Shown: positions 10,183 through 20,423 of the stretch, piece after piece | Position numbering within the stretch: the stretch's first letter is position 1 | Layout of the letters: every line of letters begins with the position of its first letter | DNA from: an uncultured Alphaproteobacteria bacterium | Lineage (GTDB): Bacteria > Pseudomonadota > Alphaproteobacteria > Rickettsiales > CAIJLX01 | Length of the DNA: 64,000 nt | Direction of reading: 5' to 3' | NCBI GenBank assembly: GCA_903821695.1 | Contig: CAIJLX010000022.1 | Coordinates: forward strand, 12,406 to 76,405 | The notes under the pieces: model-generated | Database searches by the model: none | What the model saw: the letters and a program-made list of their open reading frames with translations, nothing else | Told to the model about the DNA's origin: nothing | Program-made: the position numbers and the translations under genes

Positions 10183-12015
10183 TTAAACGTGTAAATCGAC
10201 TAAATTATTGAGATTGATATAACGCGCTGCAAGCGAAGCACTCTCAATCGTTTGCTTCAAATCTGAGTTGGAGGATTGCTGCTGCGCATGGCCTCCCTCA
10301 TTCTTTTGCTGCTGGTTGCTTTGTGCAAATTGACCGGCAAAACTATCCTGCCCACGAAGGCTGAATTGCAGATTGCTTGCATCTGCTTTAATGCCCGAAT
10401 CCGAAAGCGAACGTTGCAGCGCACCCATATCGCCTTTCAGCATTTCGAGTGTTTCTTTATGTTCTGCCACAATCGAAATATGCGGGCGATCGCCGCCATT
10501 CCACTCTAACTTCACATCCACTTTGCCCAAATCGACAGGGTCCAAATGAATAGTGATATTTTGTTTGCCCGCTGGTAGATGCGCAATTTTCATCGCGATT
10601 TGCTCCGCTGGTGAAGCAATCGTTTTGCTCAACTGATCCGCAAAATCATGGGCAGTTTCTGCATGTTGAGCAACTTTATGTGGCGCTGCTGGATTTAGCT
10701 GCACATCGTTGATTGCCGTTTTTTCATCCGTTGCTTTCACCGATTCAATGGTTTCAGTTCCCGATTTTTTCTGGCTAAATTGCTGAAGCTGATTTTGCTG
10801 CTGGCTTACCTGACTGACTGCCTGTGGGGTTACCGTAGTCGTCGCATTGCTCTGCAACGTAGGATCAATTTTCTCAGCTAGTTTTTTCGCATCACCTTCA
10901 GAAGGCAATGGCGCTGGTTTTGTAACCGTTGGCTGTACAGCATTCGCAACCACTACTGTTACCTTCGCCTCTTCTTGCACCTTAGGTAATGGTGTGCCGG
11001 CTGCTAGATTTTTCAAGCGAGCCAATGCATCTTCCACCGTTTGCGAGACATCATCTTTTGGCGCTGGCGTGTTTACAATAATAGTATTGCTTGGAGCAAC
11101 AGCAGGTTTATCGGCTGTTGCTGGCTGCTGAGCAAGTAATGCAACTTTGTTATTCGCCTCCTCTAAGTCGCTTGTATTTAATTGGCTGCCAACTTCTGGC
11201 TGAGTCAATGCAGTCGTCGCACGATAGGCGCTCAGCGTTTTATCCTGTAATGCCTGAAGCACTTTGTTATCAAGTGGCTGAGGCGCCGGATTATTATTCA
11301 CCACATCATTCTGTGGCACTTGAATTTGCGCTATATCCTGCTGCACCGGCTGCTTGACGATGGTGTTATTTAATAAATTCTGTGCCTGCGCTAATAAGCT
11401 TTCTTTCTTTTGAACGCCTTGGTTTTGCAGCAACTGATAAGCCGCGATAGCATCGCTATGTGTAGTTGTTGGGATTTCATCAGCAGATGCCAATGTATCC
11501 GTGACAGGGGGCACTACATATGAGGTATTCTGCACCTGCCCCAGTGTGCCGCCGACTACAGTATCATTGCCCTCACCACCAAAAATGGTCTCTGGCTGAA
11601 TAGGCGTTTCTTGTACTTGTGCCGCTACCTGCACCTCTGTAATTGCTTCTGCTTTTACTGGCACCGGTGTAGATTGCTGCACCGTTAAACCAGCCAATAC
11701 AGATTGCAACGCACCCAACGAATTATCGACGGTCTTTTCTTCCGGCTTCGATACATCAACTGGCTTAGCAGGTAAAATTTTCCCCGTGGAGGTAAATTTT
11801 TCCTGTTTTGGCAATGCGTTATTCTGTCCGAGCAGTAGGGTAAAAATATCCGTCGTCGGTGTATTTGTTGCCGTTGTTGCATTCACGCCAAACAGGCTGG
11901 AACCCGCCAGAGGATTCGCGGAAAGCAGTCCGCCTTGCCCACTATTCGCGGTCGGCGCAGCCCCTCCTCCGGGGCTCATCATCTGTATAAAGTTAAGTGC
12001 GGTAAAATCTGCCAT
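10183..12015 (-). CDS. fliK: Flagellar hook-length control protein FliK (610 aa)
   Basis: Long Q/P/T/A-rich low-complexity region, then a C-terminal domain (IHLDPVDLGKVDV, LQRSLSDSG); upstream of flgD-flgE. Start moved to ATG 12015 because the TTG at 12045 lies in the sigma54 box. Confidence 0.85.
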   Translation of the reverse strand: MADFTALNFIQMMSPGGGAAPTANSGQGGLLSANPLAGSSLFGVNATTATNTPTTDIFTLLLGQNNALPKQEKFTSTGKILPAKPVDVSKPEEKTVDNSLGALQSVLAGLTVQQSTPVPVKAEAITEVQVAAQVQETPIQPETIFGGEGNDTVVGGTLGQVQNTSYVVPPVTDTLASADEIPTTTHSDAIAAYQLLQNQGVQKKESLLAQAQNLLNNTIVKQPVQQDIAQIQVPQNDVVNNNPAPQPLDNKVLQALQDKTLSAYRATTALTQPEVGSQLNTSDLEEANNKVALLAQQPATADKPAVAPSNTIIVNTPAPKDDVSQTVEDALARLKNLAAGTPLPKVQEEAKVTVVVANAVQPTVTKPAPLPSEGDAKKLAEKIDPTLQSNATTTVTPQAVSQVSQQQNQLQQFSQKKSGTETIESVKATDEKTAINDVQLNPAAPHKVAQHAETAHDFADQLSKTIASPAEQIAMKIAHLPAGKQNITIHLDPVDLGKVDVKLEWNGGDRPHISIVAEHKETLEMLKGDMGALQRSLSDSGIKADASNLQFSLRGQDSFAGQFAQSNQQQKNEGGHAQQQSSNSDLKQTIESASLAARYINLNNLVDLHV

Positions 12016-12028
12016 ACGCCAGTTAATA

Positions 12029-12045
12029 TGCGTGAAGCGTGCCAA
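12029..12045 (-). promoter_or_regulatory. Sigma54 (RpoN) -24/-12 promoter of fliK-flgD-flgE
   Basis: Minus strand TTGGCACGCTTCACGCA: TGGCAC with exact GG-N10-GC spacing, just upstream of the fliK ATG. Alphaproteobacterial hook operons are typically sigma54-dependent. Confidence 0.75.
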
Positions 12046-12119
12046 TCTTGTAACATACTGAAATATAAGAATTAAATTTTAGTGCTGACTTTTTATGCAG
12101 GAAACTATTATCACACTGC

Positions 12120-14105
12120 ATGCGTTTAAAAATACATTCTGCCTATCAACCCGCCGGTGATCAGCCGGAAGCGATCCGCCAACTGGTTAAAGGATTAAGC
12201 GAAAAGAGACGTGACCAAGTACTGCTCGGCGTCACGGGCTCCGGCAAAACATTTACCATGGCGCATGTCATTGAACAAACCCAACGCCCTGCCCTTATCC
12301 TTGCTCACAACAAAACGTTGGCAGCGCAGCTATATGCAGAGATGAAAAGTTTTTTCCCCGACAACGCTGTGGAATATTTCGTCTCGTATTACGATTACTA
12401 CCAACCCGAAGCCTATATCGCCCGTACCGATACCTTCATCGAAAAGGATTCCGCGATCAACGATCAGATCGATCGCCTACGCCACTCCGCTACCCGCTCA
12501 TTGCTAGAGCGGCGTGATGTCATCGTAGTCTCCAGTGTCTCGTGCATTTACGGTATCGGCGCACCAGAGCTTTATTTACAGATGTCGTTCTCGCTCAAAA
12601 AAGGTGAACGCCACAATATGAAATCGATCACTCAAAAGTTGGTGGAGATTCAATATGAGCGGCACGATATGGATTTTCAGCGTGGTAGCTTCCGAGTGCG
12701 TGGTGATAACCTTGATGTGTTCCCCTCTCACCTTGAAGATCGCGCCTGGCGCATCAGCTTCTTCGGCGATGAAGTCGAGACGATCTATGAGTTTGATGCG
12801 CTGACCGGCGAAAAAGTGCGTTCACTGGATGCCGTGACTATATTTGCCAAGAGCCATTATGTGACTCCACGCCCGACGATGTTGCAGGCAGTCGACATGA
12901 TCAAAAAGGATCTCAAAGTTCGCCTAAAAGAATTGCAGAGCCAAAATAAATTGCTCGAAGTGCAACGTCTCGAACAACGTACACAGTTTGATATGGAGAT
13001 GATTGTTGAAACCGGCATGTGCAAAGGTATCGAAAATTATTCCCGCTATCTCTCCGGCAAAAAACCCGGCGAGCCCCCACCAACGCTGATCGAATATCTC
13101 CCTAAAGATGCGCTCATCTTCATCGACGAAAGCCACGTCACCGTTCCTCAAATCGGCGGCATGTATGCCGGCGACCGCAGCCGTAAAACAACATTGGTTG
13201 AACATGGCTTCCGCCTTCCCTCCGCCATGGATAACCGACCTCTTAAGTTTGAAGAGTTTGAAGCACTGCGGGGCCAAACCGTTTATGTATCAGCGACTCC
13301 TTCGACTTATGAGCTAGAACTCACCGGCGGTGAAATCGCTCGCCAAGTCATCCGCCCGACTGGCCTTGTAGACCCTGTTTGCATTATTCGCCCAGCTACT
13401 TCTCAGGTTGATGATTTGCTCGGGGAATGTAAAAAAGTAACCCAAGCTGGCGGACGTGTATTGGTTACGACACTCACAAAACGGATGGCGGAGGACTTGA
13501 CCGACTATATGCAAGAGGCGGGAATCAAGGTACAATATCTGCACTCAGATATTGATACGTTGGAGCGCGTCGAAATTATCCGTAATCTGCGCCATGGGAT
13601 TATTGAAGTGCTTATTGGTGTGAACCTTTTGCGTGAAGGTCTGGATATTCCAGAATGTAAATTGGTTGCGATATTGGATGCGGATAAAGAAGGTTTTTTG
13701 CGCTCCAAGACAGCACTCATACAGACAATCGGTCGTGCCGCCCGTAATGTTGATGGCCGAGTGGTTTTATATGCGGACAACATGACCAAGTCGCTTAAAG
13801 GTGCACTTGAGGAAACGGAATATCGCCGCAATATCCAAATCGAACATAATAAAAAACATGGCATTACGCCGGCGAGTATCCATAAGGCCGTGACCGAAAC
13901 ATTGCGGGTGGAAGAAAAGATCCACGAAGAAATTGCGCCTGCCGATAATACGATTGCCGCAATGCTTAAAGATGGAAAATCGCTCGATAAGACAATTGAG
14001 AAAATGAAAAAACAGATGCTCAACCATGCCGCGAATTTGGAATTTGAAGAGGCCGCCAATTTGCGTGACCAGCTGCACCAGCTGGAAAAAATGGCGTTAT
14101 CCTAA
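12120..14105 (+). CDS. uvrB: Excinuclease ABC subunit B
   Basis: [45 protein letters not shown] and a C-terminal UVR coiled coil. Confidence 0.98.
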   Translation: MRLKIHSAYQPAGDQPEAIRQLVKGLSEKRRDQVLLGVTGSGKTFTMAHVIEQTQRPALILAHNKTLAAQLYAEMKSFFPDNAVEYFVSYYDYYQPEAYIARTDTFIEKDSAINDQIDRLRHSATRSLLERRDVIVVSSVSCIYGIGAPELYLQMSFSLKKGERHNMKSITQKLVEIQYERHDMDFQRGSFRVRGDNLDVFPSHLEDRAWRISFFGDEVETIYEFDALTGEKVRSLDAVTIFAKSHYVTPRPTMLQAVDMIKKDLKVRLKELQSQNKLLEVQRLEQRTQFDMEMIVETGMCKGIENYSRYLSGKKPGEPPPTLIEYLPKDALIFIDESHVTVPQIGGMYAGDRSRKTTLVEHGFRLPSAMDNRPLKFEEFEALRGQTVYVSATPSTYELELTGGEIARQVIRPTGLVDPVCIIRPATSQVDDLLGECKKVTQAGGRVLVTTLTKRMAEDLTDYMQEAGIKVQYLHSDIDTLERVEIIRNLRHGIIEVLIGVNLLREGLDIPECKLVAILDADKEGFLRSKTALIQTIGRAARNVDGRVVLYADNMTKSLKGALEETEYRRNIQIEHNKKHGITPASIHKAVTETLRVEEKIHEEIAPADNTIAAMLKDGKSLDKTIEKMKKQMLNHAANLEFEEAANLRDQLHQLEKMALS

Positions 14106-14375
14106 ATAATAGACCAGCAAATTTTGCAGGAAATAAAGCCCGACAAAAAGAATAATGGCGGAGAGATCAACCCCATTGATCGGCGGCACAACTTTGCGAA
14201 TGCGGTCTAGTACCGGCTCTGTCAGCTTGGTAAGCACTTGATAAATTTTTGCGATGACGGGTTGATAGGGATTGACGATTTTAAAATAAATCAGCCAGAA
14301 CAGAATAATCTGCGCCATTAGCACCCAGCTATAAAGGCTGAGCAATGTAACAATGAGATTTACAAACGGATTCAT
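14097..14375 (-). CDS. YggT family membrane protein
   Basis: LTEPVL..IRK..PP..G.DLS motif with hydrophobic helices; start moved to ATG 14375. Confidence 0.85.
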   Translation of the reverse strand: MNPFVNLIVTLLSLYSWVLMAQIILFWLIYFKIVNPYQPVIAKIYQVLTKLTEPVLDRIRKVVPPINGVDLSAIILFVGLYFLQNLLVYYLG

Positions 14376-14393
14376 GCTACTACCATATACAAC

Positions 14394-14816
14394 ATGACAA
14401 CCACCTGTACCATCAAAATCGAATTCGATGCCGCCAAGCGCCTGATGGATTTTACCGGCCCCTGCAACCACCTGCATGGCTATCACCACATTATCGAAGC
14501 ACAATTCGCCGCCAAAGGCAGAACCGGTAATATCGTAATGGATTTTGCTGAGATCGAAAAAATATTAGGCAACTGGATTGTGCAGAATTGGGATCATAAC
14601 GTGATTTTGAATGCGAAAGACAAAGCACTCGGCAGCAGCATTTCCACGATCACCAATCAAAATGTTTTTTATCTTAAGCAAGACCCTTCCGCTGAAGCAC
14701 TTGCGGAATATGTATTAAAAACCGTTTGCCCTAGCTTGTTTAAAAAACACAAGGTTAAGTGCATAAGCATACGTTTATATGATGCGCCCAGCCGCTGGGT
14801 TGAATCACGGATTTAA
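14394..14816 (+). CDS. QueD/PTPS-like T-fold protein with degenerate Zn site
   Basis: FDAAKRL...GPCNHLHGY...WDHNVILN...PSAE follows the 6-carboxytetrahydropterin synthase pattern, but two His ligands are substituted. Confidence 0.75.
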   Translation: MTTTCTIKIEFDAAKRLMDFTGPCNHLHGYHHIIEAQFAAKGRTGNIVMDFAEIEKILGNWIVQNWDHNVILNAKDKALGSSISTITNQNVFYLKQDPSAEALAEYVLKTVCPSLFKKHKVKCISIRLYDAPSRWVESRI

Positions 14817-15383
14817 GAGTGTTTTTTTCCAGCTTCCATTGCTGCGAGTAAATTGCTGGCGATGATGTAAGCGGAAATCTACCTCTTCCCAAAATTCAAA
14901 ATTATTCGGCACCACGCGATAACCCAACCAGTGCGGCGGGCGGGGAATATCGTGCCCTTCAAATTTCAGGCGATAGTGATTCATGCGCTCCATCAACACA
15001 TCTCGATTTTCCAGTATTTCGGATTGCTGTGAGGCCCACGCGCCAAGCTGGCTTTCGCGGCGGCGGGTAGCAAAATAAGCATCTGCTTCGGCAGCGGTGA
15101 CTTGATCAACATTGCCTTCAATGCGGATTTGGCGTTGCAATTCCATCCAATAAAACAACAATCCTGCTTTGGGGTTTTGTTTTAAATCATGGCCCTTGTG
15201 GCTGAGGGAGTTGGTATAAAACACGAAGCCTTTTTCGTTCCACTCTTTGAGCAATACAATTCTGGCGGAAGGTTGGCCATCGGCATTGGCTGTTGCCACT
15301 GTCATGGCCGTTGGTTCGCGCATACCACTGGCTTTAGCATCGCCCATCCAGGTTGCAAATAAGGCAAATGGATTATCGCTCAT
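14805..15383 (-). CDS. pdxH: Pyridoxamine 5'-phosphate oxidase
   Basis: PSARIVLLK, FYTN..S.KG, RQIRIEG, SQQS, PHWLGYR, EFWE, RLH.R. Confidence 0.95.
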   Translation of the reverse strand: MSDNPFALFATWMGDAKASGMREPTAMTVATANADGQPSARIVLLKEWNEKGFVFYTNSLSHKGHDLKQNPKAGLLFYWMELQRQIRIEGNVDQVTAAEADAYFATRRRESQLGAWASQQSEILENRDVLMERMNHYRLKFEGHDIPRPPHWLGYRVVPNNFEFWEEVDFRLHHRQQFTRSNGSWKKTLLNP

Positions 15384-15925
15384 ATACGTTTACTCAGCCA
15401 GATTGCGGCACGGCTTCCGACTTTGATGACGCCGGTTAAAATATCATAGCCAGGGGCAAGTTCCGCTTCTTCTTCCAAGCCGATATCACGGTGATGGTTT
15501 TCGTCAGCACGGAATTCGGCAATTTTTTGTTTGAGCTTGGGGTCGAGGTCTTGCTCTTCTTGCTCGGCATAATGTTGATCGATCACTTCTTCAACCGCCA
15601 CGGTGCATGCCATCGCCACTCTGGAACCCATCATCGCAGTTGCAGCACCAAGGGCATATCCGGCTACGTGCCAGAGTGGCAGCAAGGCTGTCGGGCGCAC
15701 GCGGTGTTCCGGGATCGCTTTTTCGAAATAGCTTAAATGCGCGGCTTCCTGTTCCCACATCTCGCGGATTTTGGCTTCGTGGCGGGTTCCTTTTAAGATG
15801 CGGAGTTGGCCTTCATAGATGCGGCGGGCGCCATATTCCCCAGCGTGGTTTACACGCAAAATTTGGGCGAGGCTGTCTTTGGGGTTTCGGTCGCCGGGTA
15901 GGACTAATTTTGTCTGCTTCGCCAT
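15380..15925 (-). CDS. coq7: Demethoxyubiquinone hydroxylase (Coq7 di-iron family)
   Basis: RVNHAGEYGA, ExxH (EAAH), AVEEVI..HY, DENH di-iron ligands. Confidence 0.92.
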   Translation of the reverse strand: MAKQTKLVLPGDRNPKDSLAQILRVNHAGEYGARRIYEGQLRILKGTRHEAKIREMWEQEAAHLSYFEKAIPEHRVRPTALLPLWHVAGYALGAATAMMGSRVAMACTVAVEEVIDQHYAEQEEQDLDPKLKQKIAEFRADENHHRDIGLEEEAELAPGYDILTGVIKVGSRAAIWLSKRI

Positions 15926-16398
15926 AATGCCACCCCACTAAGCCCTAATGCATAAAACATGTTCCAGGCGGCCATGGATAATCCTAAAAATATAAATGCA
16001 GGCTCATCGCAGCGGACAGTCGAAGCATTGAGGATAGAGGCAGTCAATGCTTCCATTGAAGTGGGGTAAGCGTCGGTAGTGCAATCCACCGGACCCGTCC
16101 ACCATTTTTTCTCAACGCCGGTATGATAACCAGCAATCGCCGCATCAGCGAGGAGCAAGAGAGCAACGATGAGGAAGACATATTTCAGGCGTTCCGTTGG
16201 AACTTTGCTGTAAAAAATCAGCGGCGTTAGCAGCAACATGACGATGCCATAGGGCCAGCGTTGTAGCAGGCATAGATGGCACGGGCGCAGGTCGAAACCG
16301 AACTGTGAAATAAGCGCACCAGCGAGTGCAGCAGCACTCGCCAGCCAAAAGAAACCAAACCAGAAGCGTGGGTTTGCTATTCTGTTATTTTGCGCCAT
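15904..16398 (-). CDS. dsbB: Disulfide bond formation protein B
   Basis: PCHLCLLQRWP CxxC, four TM segments and a second Cys pair (VDCT, VRCD). Confidence 0.9.
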   Translation of the reverse strand: MAQNNRIANPRFWFGFFWLASAAALAGALISQFGFDLRPCHLCLLQRWPYGIVMLLLTPLIFYSKVPTERLKYVFLIVALLLLADAAIAGYHTGVEKKWWTGPVDCTTDAYPTSMEALTASILNASTVRCDEPAFIFLGLSMAAWNMFYALGLSGVALWRSRQN

Positions 16399-18740
16399 AG
16401 ACCTTTGATGATAGATTGACGTGCTGCATCATGATCGCCCATTGCAGATGCCGGTTGGCTTGCTTGCTGTGGACGTTCTTCTAATTTTACTGCCGCCCCA
16501 CCGTTATTAAAGTTCTCGCGTGGACGTTGGCTTTGCTGGCCATCGCGGTAACGGTAACGTTGCTGCTGGCCACCGCCGCCATTCGCTTCACCTGCATCAT
16601 TCGCTGGTGTTGCTCCGGCTTGATTTGCGGAAAGCTGCTGCTGGGAAGGAGCATGCGGTTGACCATCTGCACGTGGCGGACGGTTATCACGGTTACGGCC
16701 ACCACGACGGCGACGATTGCGCCCGCCGCGTTCGCCACCACGCTCGCCCCCTCTATCGTTGCGAGGATTGCGGTCGTCTCTATCACCGCGTACTTCTTCA
16801 ATTTTGTTCTTCGGTGGCGCGAAACTGGAGAGATCTTCCTCTTCACCTTCAACCGCCTCCTCTGGCGCAAAGCTATCCAGCTGAATGGGCGCAGCCTGCT
16901 CTTTCACTTCAGATTCCGGCTTATTGTCGCGGCGTTTTTTGCTTAATACGGAGCTATTCTTATCCAGCAAGAAGTTATGCGCGATCAATGTAAGATCTGC
17001 ACGGATCACCACCTTCACGCCATAATTGCTTTCGATTGCCGTCAAATCCTGGCGCTTGCTGTTAAGCACAAACACGGCCACTTCCGGCGAGCAACCCAAA
17101 TGTATCTCTTCAAATTTACCTTTCGCAGCTTCATTCTCAATCGCGCGGATAATATCGACCGCGACAGAGTCATGCGAGCGCATCATGCCCGTGCCGTTGC
17201 AATGTGGGCAGGTCACAGTGTTTGATTCGAGGAAGCTCGAACGCAGACGCTGGCGTGACATTTCCATCAAACCAAATGGACTAATACGACCTACTTGAAT
17301 ACGTGCACGATCGGTTGAAAGTGCATCTTTCAACGCACGTTCTACGGCACGACGGTTGCGCCCCTCGCCCATATCGATAAAGTCGATCACAACCAATCCA
17401 GCCAAATCTCGCAGGCGCAATTGGCGGGAGATTTCATAGGCAGCTTCGAGGTTGGTTTTCGCGGCGGTTTCTTCGACATTGCGCTCTTTCGTCGCACGGC
17501 CGGAGTTGACGTCGATGGAGACCAACGCCTCAGTTGGGTTGATCACGATATAGCCGCCGGATTTCAGATAGGCGCGGTTATCGTATAATTTCACCAACTC
17601 ATCTTCGATTTGGTATTTGCGGAAGATTGGCATTTTTTCCGTAAATTGCTTCACCCGCGCCGCATGGCTCGGGAGGAACATTTTCATCGTTTCGCGGGTA
17701 TTATTATAAGTCTCTTCACCCTCCACCACGATCTCCTCGATCGAGGCATGATACATATCGCGGATGAAGCGTTTAATCAGGTTACCCTCTTCATAGACCA
17801 GTGTCGGTGCTTCGCTAGAAACCGCCATTTCTCGGACGCTATTCCATAGCTTCTGCAGATATTCAAAATCGCGTTTAATATCTTGTTTGTTCCTATCCAC
17901 ACCAGCTGTGCGGATGATCATGCTACCACCATCTGGCATTTCCAGATCATGCATAATTTCACGCAGGCGACGGCGGTCTTCATTGCTCGAAATGCGACGT
18001 GACAAACCACCTTGGCTTGGGGTGTTTGGCATAAACACGCAATAACGGCCCGCAATCGAAATATAGGTCGTCAGCGATGCGCCTTTATTGCCGCGCTCTT
18101 CTTTAACCACTTGGATCAAGACGATCTGGTTGCGCTTAATTACATCCTGAATTTTATATTTGCGGTAGAGGCTAGAACGCTTCACCGTAGGCGCATCGGA
18201 ATCTTGCCCGATAACATCTACTTCCGGATCCGTTTCCATCGGCTCAGCATACTCACGGTTTTCGCCTGTATCAGCCTGTGATTCAGTCGGCGAAATGGTC
18301 GCAAATGCATTCTCAACCGCGACTTCTTGTGCAGAAGCTGATTTTTCTTCGGTAGGAGTCACTTGCTCCGCTACTTCAGGCTGAGCGCTATCTGCCAACA
18401 AAGGCTGAGGTGCCGCATCGGGGTTTTGTTCCGCAGCATCAGCTTCGGCGGCTTCTTTGGATTCTAATTCTTTGAATTTTTCCTTATCCGAGGTGGGGAT
18501 TTGGAAATAATCATAATGAATTTCGGCGAACGGCAAAAAGCCTTGGCGATTGCCACCATATTCGACAAAAGCCGCCTGAAGCGAAGGCTCCACACGGGTT
18601 ACTTTCGCGAGGTATATATTACCTTTTAGGAGCTTTTTAGCTGCTGTTTCGAAATCAAATTCTTCGAGGCGGCCGTCATCAGCGATGACAATCCGCGGCT
18701 CCTCGGGGTGAGCCCCGTCAATGAGAATGCGTCTAACCAT
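16377..18740 (-). CDS. rne: Ribonuclease E (Rne/Rng family)
   Basis: KGNIYLAKVTRVEPSLQAAFV, S1 domain with acidic insertion, IDVNSG, IDFIDM, CPHC.G.G and an R/G/Q-rich disordered C-terminus. Confidence 0.96.
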   Translation of the reverse strand: MVRRILIDGAHPEEPRIVIADDGRLEEFDFETAAKKLLKGNIYLAKVTRVEPSLQAAFVEYGGNRQGFLPFAEIHYDYFQIPTSDKEKFKELESKEAAEADAAEQNPDAAPQPLLADSAQPEVAEQVTPTEEKSASAQEVAVENAFATISPTESQADTGENREYAEPMETDPEVDVIGQDSDAPTVKRSSLYRKYKIQDVIKRNQIVLIQVVKEERGNKGASLTTYISIAGRYCVFMPNTPSQGGLSRRISSNEDRRRLREIMHDLEMPDGGSMIIRTAGVDRNKQDIKRDFEYLQKLWNSVREMAVSSEAPTLVYEEGNLIKRFIRDMYHASIEEIVVEGEETYNNTRETMKMFLPSHAARVKQFTEKMPIFRKYQIEDELVKLYDNRAYLKSGGYIVINPTEALVSIDVNSGRATKERNVEETAAKTNLEAAYEISRQLRLRDLAGLVVIDFIDMGEGRNRRAVERALKDALSTDRARIQVGRISPFGLMEMSRQRLRSSFLESNTVTCPHCNGTGMMRSHDSVAVDIIRAIENEAAKGKFEEIHLGCSPEVAVFVLNSKRQDLTAIESNYGVKVVIRADLTLIAHNFLLDKNSSVLSKKRRDNKPESEVKEQAAPIQLDSFAPEEAVEGEEEDLSSFAPPKNKIEEVRGDRDDRNPRNDRGGERGGERGGRNRRRRGGRNRDNRPPRADGQPHAPSQQQLSANQAGATPANDAGEANGGGGQQQRYRYRDGQQSQRPRENFNNGGAAVKLEERPQQASQPASAMGDHDAARQSIIKGLWRKITE

Positions 18741-18933
18741 GGGAAATTCCTTTTAAAGTTCAATAGCATGCCGGTTGGGGCCACGCGCACGCGGCTCGCC
18801 GGAATTTGGGTAACACCGGCGAAAAGGGCCCGGAAAGGAGCCAAGACAGCCAGTAAAATGAAAATGAGTGGGTTAAGAAGTGACATACTGCCCTTCATCA
18901 TCCACAGCCTCGCAAAAATTGCAACGCAGAACC

Positions 18934-19644
18934 TTAGGAAATATCTTCCAGCAGAATTTTCAATGTCTTAGAGCGAATTTCCCGGCGGAATAGGACATAG
19001 ACGACCCAGGCCGTGGCGCCCATGAATAACGTAGGGTGAATAAACCAGGAAAGCGCTGCCAATCCAAAGTAATAGCCCCGCAGGCCGTTATTGAAATTCG
19101 CGGCGGCGATGGAGAGCATTTTGGTGATGCGCTCGGCATGTTTATGGGCCCGCTTATTATCCTCGCGAATGATGGGCGCTCCGGCGATCAAGATCGAGGT
19201 ATAATTAAACTGCCGCATCGCCCAGGTGAATTTGAAGAAGGCGTAAATGAATACGACCATCAACACGATAACCTTCGCCTCCCACACCACGACGCTATTG
19301 GTGGTGACGAACGGGAGCTGGCGGAGAATGGCGAGGCCCTCAGTGCCCTTGGTGAGCATGGTGAGCAAACCGGCGAGCAAGAAGATGGTGGTGGAGGTAA
19401 AAAAGGTAACGCTGCCCATCACATTGCTCGCGACCTTGGCATCAACCATCCGGTTATCGCGCTTGAGCATCTCTAGCATCCAGTTCATACGGTGTTGATA
19501 CATCACACGCACCAACATTATCACATCCGAATCACGGCGATAATCAGCATAATAAGAATAGCACGCCCACAGGCCGACGAACCACACCAGCGCGATGATA
19601 TCGGCTAGCAATACCGGTATTCCATATAGCATGACTTCGGTCAT
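18934..19644 (-). CDS. DUF599 family membrane protein
   Basis: W..M..R..R..D...........FF.ST, F..F.W..RQ.NY, FN.GLR.YYF pattern. Confidence 0.8.
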   Translation of the reverse strand: MTEVMLYGIPVLLADIIALVWFVGLWACYSYYADYRRDSDVIMLVRVMYQHRMNWMLEMLKRDNRMVDAKVASNVMGSVTFFTSTTIFLLAGLLTMLTKGTEGLAILRQLPFVTTNSVVVWEAKVIVLMVVFIYAFFKFTWAMRQFNYTSILIAGAPIIREDNKRAHKHAERITKMLSIAAANFNNGLRGYYFGLAALSWFIHPTLFMGATAWVVYVLFRREIRSKTLKILLEDIS

Positions 19645-20423
19645 AAACCTAATAGCTCCCGTGTGGCCTTGCTTACATCGGGCTGCCGCATCAACGACTC
19701 ACCCACTAAGAATGCTTCATAACCAAATTCCTGCAACTGCACAATATCCGCATGCGTCGAAATCCCACTCTCGGCGATTTTTATTTTGTCGGATGGGATG
19801 AGCGCGGCCAGATCTTTCGAAGTTTGCAACGTCACCTCCAATGTTTTAAGGTTACGATTATTCACCCCCAACAATGGTGATTTTAACTTGAGTGCCCGCT
19901 CTAGCTCTTCCTTGTCATGCACCTCAACGAGTACACTCATCCCAAGCCCCAGCGCAATACCTTCAAGCTCTGCTGCCTGCTCATCCGAAAGCGCTGCCAT
20001 AATCAACAAAATGCAATCCGCTCCGAGCGCACGAGATTCGATAATTTGATAAGGCTCCAACATAAAATCTTTGCGCAAGATCGGAAGCGACACCGCCGCC
20101 CTCACCTGCACCAAATATTCATCCTGCCCTTGAAAATAAGGCTCATCCGTCAACACCGAAAGGCATGTCGCCCCACCAGATTCATAAGCTTTCGCTAATG
20201 TCTTGGGGTCAAAATCTTCACGGATAATTCCTTTGCTTGGCGAAGCTTTTTTAATCTCTGCAATCAACCCCGTTTTATTTTTCTTTAGCGCCTGCGCAAA
20301 TCCACGTGGCGGCGTTTGCTGCATGGCACGCTGTGCTAACTCCGCAATCGGCACACGCGATTTTTGCTGCGCAATATGCGCCCGCTTCTTCTCACAAATT
20401 TGTTCAAGCGTGTTCGTTGGCAT
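19641..20423 (-). CDS. trpC: Indole-3-glycerol phosphate synthase
   Basis: [44 protein letters not shown]. Confidence 0.97.
   Translation of the reverse strand: MPTNTLEQICEKKRAHIAQQKSRVPIAELAQRAMQQTPPRGFAQALKKNKTGLIAEIKKASPSKGIIREDFDPKTLAKAYESGGATCLSVLTDEPYFQGQDEYLVQVRAAVSLPILRKDFMLEPYQIIESRALGADCILLIMAALSDEQAAELEGIALGLGMSVLVEVHDKEELERALKLKSPLLGVNNRNLKTLEVTLQTSKDLAALIPSDKIKIAESGISTHADIVQLQEFGYEAFLVGESLMRQPDVSKATRELLGL

Noticed and set aside
16487-16993. Arg/His-rich ORFs over the rne 3' region
   Set aside because: Shadow frames of the low-complexity RNase E C-terminal coding sequence.
18626-18901. 91-aa hydrophobic ORF overlapping the rne start out of frame
   Set aside because: No recognisable homology; it runs through the structured leader and into rne, so it is most likely incidental.
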